DNA from: Octopus sinensis
Taxonomy: Eukaryota
NCBI RefSeq assembly: GCF_006345805.1
Contig: NC_042998.1
Location: 90,830,001-90,894,000 of the forward strand
Direction of reading: 5' to 3'
DNA: 64,000 nt
The position numbers and the translations under genes are program-made. The stretch's first letter is position 1, and each line of letters starts with the position of its first letter. Below the pieces are notes generated by a model. It was not told the origin of the DNA, did no database searches, and worked only from the letters and a program-made list of their open reading frames with translations. Positions 36,106-49,150 of this stretch are shown here, piece after piece.

Positions 36106-38814
36106 TGATTATTATTATTATTATTAAGGGGGTTGTGGGTATTAGCATTGATAGAGTGGTAAATGAAATAAATGCCTTGTAGCATCTAGTTACATCCCTT
36201 TATATGTATATTCTCAGTTCAAATCTTATTGAGACACATCTGTCATTAATCCCTTTTAGGGTCAATTAAAACAAGTAGCAGTTGTAAGTACCCTATTTGG
36301 CATAACTTACAGTTTCCTGCTCCAAAATATGTGGCCTTGTACTTCTATTAGAAATAATAGCAGCATTTCTTCTGGCTCTTTACGCTCTGACTGATTGACT
36401 GACCTTACACCTTAATTAGAAACCATTAATCATAATTATCATTAATACTATAATTAATTCTAAAAATAACAAAATTTTAAGTGAGAATCAAACAATACAC
36501 TTGCTGACTGAGCAATATTTAGTAGTGTGTGTATATGCATAAATATAAAAGAAAAACCTCATAAAATCTTCTTTAGGTGATTTAAATAAAATATTTCAGA
36601 GAAAATATTGATCAGAAAAATATGTTTAAAGAATAACAGAAAGAAATTGATTCAAAAGTTGTGCATTTTTTAAGGAGAGAACAATCCATTAAATTAACCC
36701 TGCTATCTATCTGGTATTTATTTTATCAACATCAGAAGGGTGAAATGCAAAACGGATTTCAATAGATTCTTATTTAACTCAAAATGTAACTAAATTCTAC
36801 AAAATACTTCGTCCACCACTCTAGCAATTCTGCCAATTGCTGCTCGTCTGTTAGGAATAATAACTGTTCTAACAATGGTACAAGGTCACAAATTTGGAGT
36901 TGGAAGTGAGTTAATTAAATTGAACCCAGTACTTGATTGGTACTTAACTTCATCAAATCCAGGGGAGTGAAAGGCATACTTGATCTCAAAGCATAACAAG
37001 CTATATCTAACTACTGTAAGACATTTCGTCCAACACTAACAGTTCTGCTAATTCTCCTCTATTAAAAATAACAACAACAATATTAAATATAAAAATTCTT
37101 AAGTATTAAATGATACTCTCCTTCCTGATTGAGTAAGATTTAGTAGTATGTGTTTGTATACATAAACTTAGATGCAGACTTAGAATAGAGCAGTAAAATA
37201 AATAGCCAACACAACCAGTATTACAGTAATAATAACTCCTAAGTCACTAAAACAATATTTACTATACCAACAGGGTCATGAATTCCACAAATATTGATCA
37301 ATACCTAACATTCTCATCACTTATATGAACTGAAACTATTTCAAGCCAATAAGAAAGCCTCTAGGCAGTCATTCATCTAGTATGAAGTAGCAGTCAAATC
37401 TTCCTCAAATCACTCCCTACCATTTACATCAAAGACAAAGACAGTATAATCATGGCTAAAATGTCATTAATCATCAGTTTGTTCAGTGAAGGTGACCTGA
37501 CACTTATCAACAATCAAAACCATTTCTTAAGTTATGTTGATACATTAAATAGGAATTAATATGTTCTTGTTTAACTTGTGTGGGTGCTCAATTGGGTTGA
37601 GCAAGCCATTAATTCAAATCTATTTTACTTCTATTATTCTGAACACATTTTTTTCTCAACAACACCTTGTCTGAAATATTTCATTTAAATCACCAAAATG
37701 AGCAGATTTTATAGGTTTTTCTTTTGTCTTATGAAGTGATAAATGGAGAGTATTGCTAACAGCACCTGATTGGTGTTTCAGATAAAAAGAGGGCTATAGT
37801 AGTAAAGCAGAGCTTGATATATTGGAAAGTAGATTCCAGGGAAGCAAACAATAGTGGAATGTTCCACAGGATAGCAACTCGAAAAGCAAAGGTCTCCATG
37901 TATTTATACGTAACAATGATAAACTGAAGTACAAGTAGCTTGAATTTTAGGGAGAGAAAAACATATGAGTGCATGTGCAACTGGTGCCTGGAAACTTGGA
38001 CACTGCAGAATCAACAGCTTCTAAATCTCTGATGGTTTATTACCAAAATCAGAACTTGGAAATGGTGAATCAAAGCATGGAAAAGTGAAAGCAAGCCTTT
38101 AAGCTGCTAAAGAGCAAGGTTGCATTTCAGGGTGGTTAAACCTCATAAGGAGATATGCTAAAAAGCCTTTTAAGACTGAGTGAAATGAGAACAGTTACTG
38201 TTATTATTGCTTAGTTCCCACCACCCCCACCAAACAGCCTGACTAAAGACATTCTAGCCATGACCACCTTGTATTTTTGTATATCTAAGGGTACGTTGCC
38301 TGTGCTCTTACTTTTTAAGACAATAGTATATGACTGCAAGGAGACATGGATGCTATTTCTAGCAGATCAAGCAATTACATAGAAGCACCCTTCAACATTA
38401 TAAGGTGGCAAGCTGGCAGAATCATTAGCATGCCAGAAAAAATGCGTAGTGGCATTTTTTCCAACATAATGTTCTGAGTTCAAATGCCACCGAGGTCAAC
38501 TTTTACCTTGGGGTTGGTGTAATCGGTTTATTTGTTCCCTGAAATTGCTGGCCTTGTACCAAAATTTGAAATCAATATTACAATTGAACAAATATTTGAA
38601 GGAATACAATATTTTGTCATCTGCATTTTAGAGTGTGGGATTTAGTGATGATTGATAAAATCATTGATAAAGAAGTAAAAGAAAACTAACAACGAATTGT
38701 TAGTGTGTAAGAACTAGAATGGATATGGTAAAGTTAATGAAATTTACTCTAGTTCAGTATATTATTTCAGAACATATCAGTTATGAAGAGATTTTAGCAA
38801 AGCTAATTACAATG

Positions 38815-39650
38815 AACATCATCATCATCATCGTTTAACGTCCATTTTCCATGTTGGCATGGGTTGGACGGTTTGACTGGGGACTGGTGAGCCAGAAGGC
38901 TGCACCAGGCTCTATCTGATCTGGCAAAGTTTCTACAGCTGGATGCCCTTTCTAATGCCAACCACTCTGAGAGTGTAGTGGGCGCTTTTACGTGCCACCA
39001 GTACGAGGATCAGTCAGGCGGTTCTGGCAACGATCATGCTCAAAAGGGTATTTTTACATGCTACCTGCATGGGAGCCAGTCTGGTGGCACTGGCAACAAC
39101 CAGGCTTGAATGTTGTTTTTCACGTACCACCAGAACATGTGCTGGTAAGGCAATGCTGGCAACGATCACGTTTGAATGGTGCTTTTTATGTGCCACTGGC
39201 ACAGGAGCCAATCCATGGTCCTGGCAATGATCATGCTCAGATGTGCTTTTAACTCCCACTGGTATGAGTGCCAATCAGGCAGTACTGTCATTGGCCACTT
39301 CAGCAATTTTGACTTGATTTCACTTACCTCAATAGGTCTTCGCAAGCAAAGTTTATTGTCCAATGAATGAGGGGTACTCATGAGTGGGCTGGTTACACTC
39401 CACGCTCAGATATGCTTTTAACGTTCCACTGGCATGAGTGCCAATCAGGCAGTACTGTCATCGACCACGTCAGCAATTTTGATTTCACTTGCCTCAATAG
39501 GTCTTCGCAAGCAAAGTTTATTGTTTAAAGAATGAGGGGTATTCATAAGTGGGCTGGTTGCACCCACTGGCATAGGCCGTGAGCTATCATCTCACTTGAC
39601 GTGTCGGGTCTTCTCAAGCACAGCATATCTCCAAAGGTCTCGATCACTAA
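38815..39650 (-). mobile_element. RTE 3' UTR fragment with (CAT)n tail and an internal ~170-bp tandem duplication
   Basis: Reverse complement of the 35500-36100 region; 39231-39400 is duplicated at 39401-39565. Confidence 0.9.
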
Positions 39651-39932
39651 ATAATTTTTTTTAACAAGATATTTGTTCTGCATTTTTTTGAAGCTATGCT
39701 TCAAATTAGGAATCTTCTTAGAATGATGATTATACATCAACAGCTATATATGTATGCAGAAAGAAGAAAAAAACACTCCCTTTCCATCATCCTCTGTAAG
39801 TCAACCTACAGATTTTGGTTAGTAATAATTTCAAAAACAAAACAGAACCTTATCAATATGCTAAAAACAGGAAATGAATTAAGGATATTTAGAACTTCAG
39901 TCTAAAATATACAGAATGAAATACAACATTAA

Positions 39933-40147
39933 CCCTTTAGCATTCAGATTATTCTGTCAAATGTTCTGCTTATTTATTCACATTATTTAGAATTAATCAT
40001 GCATCATCTCATAGCTTCCAAATTTCAGTGTATGTTACTGTTTAGCATGAAAAATGTTGGGTAGGTGTGAGAGGTCAGATCTGGCCAGTTTGACCATAAA
40101 ACAGGTAGAATATTGAGCTAGATATGGCCAGATTAAATGCTCATGGG
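39933..40147. mobile_element. piggyBac-type MITE
   Basis: TTAA|CCCTTTAGCATT ... AATGCTCATGGG|TTAA; TIRs match at 10/12; TTAA target duplications. Confidence 0.7.
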
Positions 40148-40474
40148 TTAAATCATAGTCAGAAAAGAAAATTCATTTCAAATTAAGTTGCTTTTGTGAA
40201 ATTTAACACTTTTCTTTTACATGTTTCAGCTAATATAATCATTTTATATTTTGGTATAACATCAGCAATTTTTAGGTGGAGAGGGTTAGTCTATTCCATC
40301 AACACCGGCATTTGACTGACATATTTTATCAAACTTGAAAGGATGAAAAACAAAGCTGACCTCAGCAACATTTGAACTCAGAATGTAATGACCTGGAAAT
40401 GTTGCTAAGAATTTTTTGCCCAACATGCAAACAAGTCTGCCAACTCACTATCTTTAGCTTATAAGCATAATGAT

Positions 40475-40748
40475 TATATTTTGTTGTGTCCAGAGAGATT
40501 CATTTTGTCTTTATGCCTTATTAACTAACACATTCACCAGTTCAATTTCCACTCAATTTTTTTTTTCTAGAATGTTTGTTACTTCTTGCAATCTTCTTAA
40601 TAGTTGTTGACAACTACTGAGATGGTTACAAGAAACAATGAAAATTCTGGAAGAAAAAATTATATAAATAAATTGAGTGGAAATTGAACTGGTGAGTCTG
40701 TTAATAAGGTGTAAAGACAAAATGACTCTCCCCAGACAACAAAATATA
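40475..40748. mobile_element. Palindromic (fold-back) MITE
   Basis: TATATTTTGTTG...CAACAAAATATA ends; arms pair along the whole length (CACCAGTTCAATTTCCACTCAATTT / AAATTGAGTGGAAATTGAACTGGTG); centre TAGTTGT-TG-ACAACTA. Confidence 0.8.
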
Positions 40749-43589
40749 CTTCAACACATAAATTCACATAAAGAATCTTGAAAACCAGATAGAAAAATGA
40801 AGTATATAATTATAATATAGGTACAAAGGAAAGATAATTGGTAATATTCAGGTCTTTCCAATAAGCAATACAAGATAAACTAGTTAGGTTGTACATGAGA
40901 GCATTAAATGCCTAGAAATAGAAGGTGGGAGGAGTTCAAAATGAACAAACATGATATAGTAGATACAACCAAATCTATACCTGTATAGAAAAATAGTTAC
41001 TAAACAAATGACAATACATGTGGTGTTGACAGTTATGATGATGAGCAACCTTTGGTTTATAAAATAATAATGTAAATCAAATTTGAATATATACATATAT
41101 ATACATTTTAATATCTACAATTCTACTCACAAATACTTTTGAACAATAACTATTTCAGCAACAATATAAGAACAATATTACAAACATTCTTATGTATAAG
41201 CTTACAATAACACCAATAATTTTACATTATACAAAGAATTACTTTCAATTAAGAAACCTTAACAGATAAATGATCATAAAAATATGTATATTTTCTAAAT
41301 GCTAGCTGTAGGGTAAACATTAGTAATTTTTGTGAAATGGGACATGCTATATAAAGAAGTTTAAAAACAAAAAGAAGACATTTCTTTGGAAAAAGATATA
41401 TATATATATATATATTACTACCTGTTGAATATCTGGATGTAATGTAATGAAACCAAACTGCATTGATAGACAAAAGGCAATTATACAACTTAACAAAAGC
41501 TCCAGACTAGAAAGACTATCTTATAAGTTTAAATTAGAGACACCCTGTGCATGGTATCTTAAATTATTAGAACAAAGGCCAAGGCTTATCAGTAAACTTT
41601 TAGAGAGGACGAAATTATTTTATTCATTTACTAAAGCAGTACTTTGAACAACATGGCTTTCAGAGGACAACTCAAATCTAATTAAACAGCTTTTTATTGC
41701 TATATAATTGGAAAATAACTCCAAGTAATTATTTATGCCTGTTGATATAAAATAAACTAGAAATAATGAAATTAGAAAATCGTAGTTACCATTATTAAAT
41801 CCTTACAATAATAATTATCAAATTATTAGTTACAATTGTCTGTGCTTTCATGCGTTACACACCAACACATTATCTTAAACATAGCTATACTTATCAAAAG
41901 GTTCAAGTTCTTTCTAATCATATCATGCCATTTTTTAGCCTTTATTTCCTTTGATAAATCTAGCTGAATACATAGAGTCTGTTCCTCAGCTTCTTTGCCT
42001 TTACATTCTGGTTAGCATAAGCTATAAAACTTCTTAGGCAAGACAACCCCTAGCATCACCCACTAGTTTCTATTACACTTTAAAGTGATTTCATTTAATT
42101 AATATTGTTAATGCTTTTGATAAACTACAAATATCACAATATTTTATTTCTCTCTCTCTCTTTCACACACACACACACAAAGATGTCTCGAGCCTTATAC
42201 TGATGTAAGAAGCATGTCTTTGAATGAAATAACAAACGTGGAAAAATGAGTTTTGGTAAAAGTAGGGCAGAATAAGATATAATTTACATAGGATGATTTG
42301 TGAATTGACAGTAAGAACAGAGCAGTACAGATGCTATATTTCTGGTGAAACAACAACAAACCCTTGGCAAAACACAAACAACTCTCATAGTATTATAATC
42401 CGTCAACCTGAAAAGTGTTATACCAGTTGAAATTACACACTTGCTCACTGTATATACAATATGACTGGAGAGTAAGTTGGGTTTGAACTCCTAACACTTC
42501 AGTTATAAAGCCACCAAACCTTCTCTAGAAATTTTAGTTGCAAATTGATTTTACAGCAATAATTTTTTTATATAAAATTCTTCTTGAACACCATAGTTCT
42601 TGACATGTAATTGTTGCCAGACCAATTTATGATAAATACACATATATACACAAGGAAAGAAGGGGAGTGAGAGAAAGATAACCTACAATTTATTCAGAGA
42701 GCATGTAACATAAAGATGAAGAGACCCAACTATGATAAATAATGTGTATAAGGCACTTAGTTTCAGTAATTCACTGTTGCATACATTGATATTGACATAT
42801 TTATGTCTTATATTAATACCATCACCTTCAGCAACTACTATGGTCATTCAACATGCTAGAAACAGCAGTCAATATCCCTTGATTCACATTCAACAATATT
42901 GGAAAAGAAGGGACACACTGGATAATGTAGTCTTAGAAATGCAATGATAAGGACAGGACGGTGATGATAAGCACAGTTTCATAGGTCTGCTGGGCTCACA
43001 ACACTAATAACTGTCATAAGTAGCTAAAGAGGAGGTTTCTACATTGTTGCTCAATCTGATAAAGATAATAGGCAAGAGCTGGCAAGCCAGAGGGCTGTGC
43101 CAAGATCCAATGTCTGCTTGGCATGGTTTCTATGGTTGGATGCCCTTCCTAATGCCAACCACATTATGGAATATACTGGGTGCTTTTTATGTGGTATCAA
43201 CTGCAGTGAAGTCATCAAGTAACATGCAAGACAAGACCCCTCAACTGAGGGGACATAGCATCGAGGGAGGTGGATTTATGTCAGGTAATGAGAGGTTAAA
43301 GTATGATAGAAGGGCAGGAACAAGTGATTTGCAGTAGAGAAGATACATAGCTAGCCCAGGGCATATCCTCAAGTTACAGGAAGGTGAACACAAGAGAAAT
43401 GGTCCAGAGGATTGCATAGGGTGAATGAGCAGATCAACTGGATAGGATTACTGCTACTTTTAAGTTGAAGAACACATTCTACAAATTATGCTATTTTTTT
43501 AATTAAAGAAATGAAAACATAATTAAAAAACATATATAACATCTAAAACACATCTCATGAACACCATCATCTTTCTAGCTGTTTATATT

Positions 43590-44110
43590 TTGGGTTCAAA
43601 TCCTGCCTTTCATCCCTTCAAGGTTGACGAAATCAAGTACCAATTAAGTACTGGGATCAATATCATCAGCTTTTCTTCTCCCCCTCCTCCACATTTCAGG
43701 CGTTTATGTTGGAATCAGTTACTACCAATAACACTAAGTGCAGGTCTAGTCATGTGGTTAAGAAGATTGCTTCCCAATCATGTAGCTTCAGGTTCAGTCT
43801 CACTGTATTGTACTTTGGGCAAGTGTCTTCTACTAATAACCTTGGACAGAACAAAGCCTTGTGTATCTGATAAAGGTAAACTAAAAGAATACTGGCATGT
43901 GTGTGTGTCTTCTTGTCTCAACATCACCGCCATACAAATGGTGTCTCTCATTGCCAGTCTTCTGGAAAATCCTATCTGGCAATGGAGAAATAATCCCTTG
44001 CTTGGAAACAGGTGAGGTTTGGTGACTGGGATAGCATCCTGCCATATAAAATTTGACTCAGTGAATTCTGTTTATCCTGTGCAAGCATGCAAAGGGGACA
44101 TTAAAATGAT
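43590..44110 (+). mobile_element. Cluster of three abutting SINE fragments (family B, CORE head, RTE-tailed element)
   Basis: Each segment matches other copies in the window. Confidence 0.55.
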
Positions 44111-44748
44111 ATGATGATGTGAGTGAGTGTGAGTGCATGTGTATGTCAAAATCATCATCATTTTGATGTCTACTTTTCCATACTTGCATGGGTCAGATAA
44201 AGTTTATTGGGGTAGATTTTCTACAACCAGAGGCCCTTCTTGATACTAACCCTCACCTGTTTCCAAGTAAGGTAATACCTCAGTCTATCGAACACTGGAC
44301 AGTCCAGACATGCTTTTGTAGAAACTACAAGCAAACATACAAATTATAAGGTTTTTGTTTACAAACAACGCATACATGCCAAGACAAGGGGGAATATACA
44401 CCCATTCATACATGCACACACATATATATAAACATACACAACGAGCTTCTTCCAGTTTCTGTCAATCAATTTCACTTACAAGATAATAATCAACCCATTA
44501 CTATGTAGTGAGACAAAACTTGTGTGTGTGTGTGTGTATACACACATACATAACTTCTCACATTGATATAGCACTACAATTTCATAAAACACAGATATAG
44601 ATCAACCAATCTGAATAAAATGACTGGTAGACCACACAGAGAAAGGCTGACCTCAACTGGATTGAACTTGGAATGAAAGAGGTTCTCTTATTTTTACTAT
44701 TCCATGTCTCTAAGAAATACATTCTTTCTATTTCGCATATATATGTAT

Positions 44749-45888
44749 ACTAGCTGGTGTACCCTGTAATTCCAGAGAGTAAAGATGTTCTATTGAAATA
44801 CCTTATAACTACCACAAAAAGTGTATTTTCCATCACGAAAAAGTACAAAAAACTGTCAGCTGGAGGAGGGAGAGATTGTTGGAGGTTGGTGAGAAAGGTT
44901 TCTGGAAATGCAAAGAAAGATTGTTGGAGGCTGGTGAGAGAGGTTGTCAGAGGTTGGCAAGAGACAAAGACATTATTCTGCTTAGCAAAGGCATCTGGGA
45001 AATGTATAACTGCTGTCATTCACAGAAAAACTATTGTTTTACCGTGATAAAAGTGCTGTTGAAGTGTTAAGTGAATTTGGCAATTGAGGATCGAATCCAC
45101 ACTGTGCCTGCATGAAGCCATTACAAATATGTTGTGGAATAAAAAATTTATCTACTGTCATGGAAAAGTGTAACTGTAAAAATGCAGAATTATCGGAGTA
45201 ATGGGCATTCAAAAAAGTATGTATGTATAGAAATGTATGAATGAAGTCTTTAAGGTTTAAGATTCAAATTAAGGAAGTGCAATAATAATGTTTAGCAGTT
45301 CAAGGCTGTGAGTAGCGAAATGCAGAATTAGGTTGGCTGATTGTGAGAATCAATTATTGATCACATAGCTAAAATCTGCAGGTGGTATGGGTTATTTATT
45401 TGGGTTGTTTAAATAAAATATTAGTAACATGTAGTGGATAGAAGGATCTATTGAAAGGGCTCTATTATTAATTTTTTTCAACAATCTAAGTATGCCACAA
45501 GGTTTCCAGACATGAGTTCTACTCACGTGTCAAATAAAGTATAAAAGTGTCTGCAAGCTTAGAAATAGGACACACAAAAAATCAATATTCAAAGTAATCG
45601 AACATAAACAATGAAATGGGTTATTTCCCTTGAGTGTTTAAAAAAAATATTGTACATGTGCTATGGGTTATTTCCTTTAGGTGTTTTAAAAAAATAGTTG
45701 TATGAGGTAGATATAAAGGTCCTTTCCGGGGGCTGTATTATCGATTTTTTCAACAATTTATGTATGTCACGAGGTTTGCAGATATAAGTTCAACTCGTAT
45801 GCCATCAAAATCAATAAAACAATGGAGGAGGAGTTAACTAACAATGCCACAAACAAACACACACCGATTTTCCACACATGTAGTAGAT
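44749..45888 (+). mobile_element. Helitron/Helentron-like non-autonomous element with internal short tandem repeats
   Basis: Starts ACTAGCTG..ACCC; ends ACAAACAAACACACACC..TAGTAGAT; internal GATTGTTGGAGG(T/C)TGGTGAGA repeats and a ~47-bp duplication at 45616-45700. Confidence 0.4.
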
Positions 45889-45899
45889 ATGATATGATG

Positions 45900-46780
45900 A
45901 TCGTCATATCATCATCATTTAGTATCTGCTTTCCATGTTGGAATGGATTGACAGTTTGACTGGAACTGGTAAGCCAGAGAGCTGCACTAGGTTCAAATCT
46001 GACGTTGGCTTGGTTTCCACGGTTGAATGCCCTTCCTAATGCCAACCACTCAGAGTGTAGTGGGTGCCTTTTATGTGTCACCAGCACTACGTCTACCTCT
46101 TCCACAAGTTCCCTCCACAGTTAGGGATGAGCACTTCATTATACAGCTGTCCTTGTCAATACAAAGCATATGGCCATACCAGTACAGTCACCTCTCCTGC
46201 ACACCACATCTGATGCCTCTTATGCCTAGGTTTTTTCTCAAGACACATACACTCTGTCACACATGCACACTGACACTACACATCCAGCAGAGTATACTAT
46301 TCAAGCCTTCAATGCCCTGTAGCATGGTTGTTCATACACAGGCATCATACAATCTGCCTTTCACTCCGAGGAAGAGGTTCTTTGTTACCAATGAAGGTAG
46401 AAGCACTCTGAACTTTGCCAATCTTTGCTTATTCTAGCAGATATACTCTCAGAGTATCCACCTCCACTGATGACTTGGTCACCTAAATAACGAATGCTAT
46501 CAACCACTTCTATGTATCCCCACTTAACATTTGATGGAGTCTATTTTCTATATCTTTCTAGTGTTTACTGTACCTGTGCATATGCCATACACAAAGACTA
46601 TTTTCCATATTAACCTTCTTCTGATATTGCTGCACCTTGTATGTGTCCATAGCTTGCACCTGGTACACCATATGGAGTTTCTACCTATGCCTTTTCTACA
46701 TATTTAGCAGGGCCATCTGCCTGAAAGGATTTTTGATTTGTCTGCTTTTCTACTTACTATTACTTTGATTACTGCAATTC
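45900..46780 (-). mobile_element. Decayed RTE LINE 3' fragment with internal deletions
   Basis: Reverse complement encodes IDSIRYLGDQV, RISKDWQSSE-like and CMNNHATGH remnants of the RTE C-terminus; (CAT)n tail near 45900. Confidence 0.75.
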
Positions 46781-47725
46781 ATTGTTGGTTTTGCTCTCTT
46801 TCAGTGATATTAATCATTAAAGATGTTGTCAAGTTAGCTCTTATTACAAAAGGAAAATAATATCAAAAATACACAACACCAAATGTTTAAAGGCCATTTT
46901 CTTTGCTAAAGTACGGATTGGCCCAGCAAACCCATATTTGACATGATACCATTTCTGAGGGTAACTTTAGAGAAAGGACTATCAATATAAACAAAACAAA
47001 ACTAGTAAAAGTGGGAACTGAAATTGAATCAGAGCCAACATCTGTATCTAGAGCATTTTACAACAAGATGTTCTTCCTACTGCTGAGCTTTTTAGATGTG
47101 TCTTACAAAACACAAGGATATGGCATACCCATACTAAAACCAGAATATCATGCAAATGTATTAAAATATTCCATAATACCAAATTTTACAAGACACTGTA
47201 TAATTAACAGATAGATACCAAAGTATGTATTAATATTAACTTTTATCTTAAGTATCAAGATAGATCATCATCATCATTTAACATCCGTTGTCCATGCTGG
47301 CATGGGTTGGCCGGTTGACTGGGCTGGCACACTGGAAGGGTACACCAAACTCCAGTCTGATTTGACATGGTTTTCTATGGTTGGATGCCCTTCTTAACAC
47401 CAGAAATTATGCAAATTATTTCATGGTTAAGGACTTGCTTAAAAGTAATTTGGCTTGAACCCACACACATAATGTAGTACAAGAAAACTACCAGTACAAC
47501 AAGCAATTGAGATAATCCCAATATAAGTTTTTTTTGGACAACACAAGAGTGGATCTTGTCTTTAGAGCCAACTGGCGAAAGTAACAAGCATGTGTGAGTT
47601 TTATTAAATCTCCTCAGGGAAATATATTCTACTCAAATGACAAGGCAAAGGATATATATGGGAGAAGGAAGAAATGTAGTGATGTGGATTATGAATATCA
47701 ACAATATGGTTAAGGGAAAGTTACC

Positions 47726-47761
47726 TTATTTAGTATGCAGAGCGCTCTGCATACTAAATAA
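47726..47761. repeat. Perfect 36-bp palindrome without a loop
   Basis: TTATTTAGTATGCAGAGC|GCTCTGCATACTAAATAA. Confidence 0.97.
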
Positions 47762-48524
47762 AAATACAGCAGTTTCACATGTTTTATAGTGAATTAAAAA
47801 ATATGCAGCAAACATCTGAGATTACCCAAACAATTAAGGGTCAAAAACTCTTTCAAGAGGCCTTTAGAATCTAAAGACAACAAACAAGAGTGATAACTCA
47901 GACAAGATCAGTTGACTGAAATTTTTGGACAATACAGATTGAAGTGCATCTGGTTTTTAAAGTGATGTGCCAAAAGTAATGGGCATAAAGTATTAGCATT
48001 AATATTTTCCAAATATAGCAAAATATCTGCTGAAAATAAAGTATAGATCAATAGCTGTCAATAAGCATCGACCTCCTTTCATGTTACAGATGCTAAAATA
48101 ACTCTCATTATACCAATTATACAACAATGTAACCTCTGAACAGATTTACTTATCAAGGCACTTTGTACCCCATGTGACTACACAGATCATTAGCTCATAA
48201 CACTGAGGAAAAATAAATATATAAAAAATATTCGATAATGATGATGATAACAGATCAGAAAACAAACTTCAAAGGAACAACATACTTATCAATAACCTCA
48301 CACACTTTATTCTATTTATGAAACACATTATGTGAATATTCATACAATATCTCTAATCTCAATATTTCCCCAATGAGAATTATTTTACAATATCTTTTCA
48401 TCAAGGTGATCAGATATTCAATCTATACAGTTGTTATTGTTTTAAAATTCTTTTACTGGCCCTGAAGATAGCACTCCCTTGCTAAAGCACTACCTTCATG
48501 GATTTTAAAATGGATCATATCAAT

Positions 48525-48690
48525 CAGGCACACACAGAATGGACTTCTACAGTGTTTCTATCTATCAAATTCCACAGACAAGGCATTGGTCGGTCTGGGG
48601 CCACAAAAAAAGACATTTGCCCAAGGTGCTGCATAGTGGGATTGACCACAGAACCACATAGCTATGAAGTGAAATTATTCACCACACAGC
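48525..48690 (-). mobile_element. CORE-type SINE head
   Basis: Reverse complement GCAGCACCTTGGGCAAATGTC; A/B box remnants. Confidence 0.6.
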
Positions 48691-48899
48691 TATTCTTGTC
48701 TCCTTGTTATTAGAATTACATTTCTCTTATTATTTGTAAGTTGAGAGACAATGAAGTAATGAGTTTGGCAGAAATAAGAGCCTCTAATTAAAAGCTTTAC
48801 ACTATCTATTTTTGTCACTCTAATGTTCTGAATTCATTTCTCCGAAGATAATAAATTAAATACCAGTAATATACAAAGATCTATTCAAGTAACTATCAT

Positions 48900-49150
48900 C
48901 ATTATTTAATATTCATTTCTCATACTGGCATGGATTGGACGGTCTGAAAGGAGCTGACAAGGCCAGAGGCCACACCAGGTTCCATAGTCTGTTTTGTTTG
49001 ATTTCTACAGTTGAATGCCCTTCCTAATGCCAACCACATTAAAGTACACTGGGTGCTTTTTACATGGTACTATCGCCAGTGCTCTTTATGTGGGTCCAGC
49101 ACCAGTGCTTTTTATGTAGCTCCATCACTAGTACTTTTTACATGGCACCA
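48900..49150 (-). mobile_element. RTE-tail element with a ~27-bp tandem amplification of the GCACATAAAAAGCAC motif
   Basis: Repeated CAGTGCTTTTTATGT/ACAT units at 49052-49150. Confidence 0.6.

Noticed and set aside
37745-38150. GC-richer island that might be an exon (likewise 13100-13580)
   Set aside because: No consistent frame, splice pair or recognisable motif; probably old repeat remnants.
43557-44015. 152-aa plus-strand ORF
   Set aside because: A chance frame across three abutting SINE fragments.
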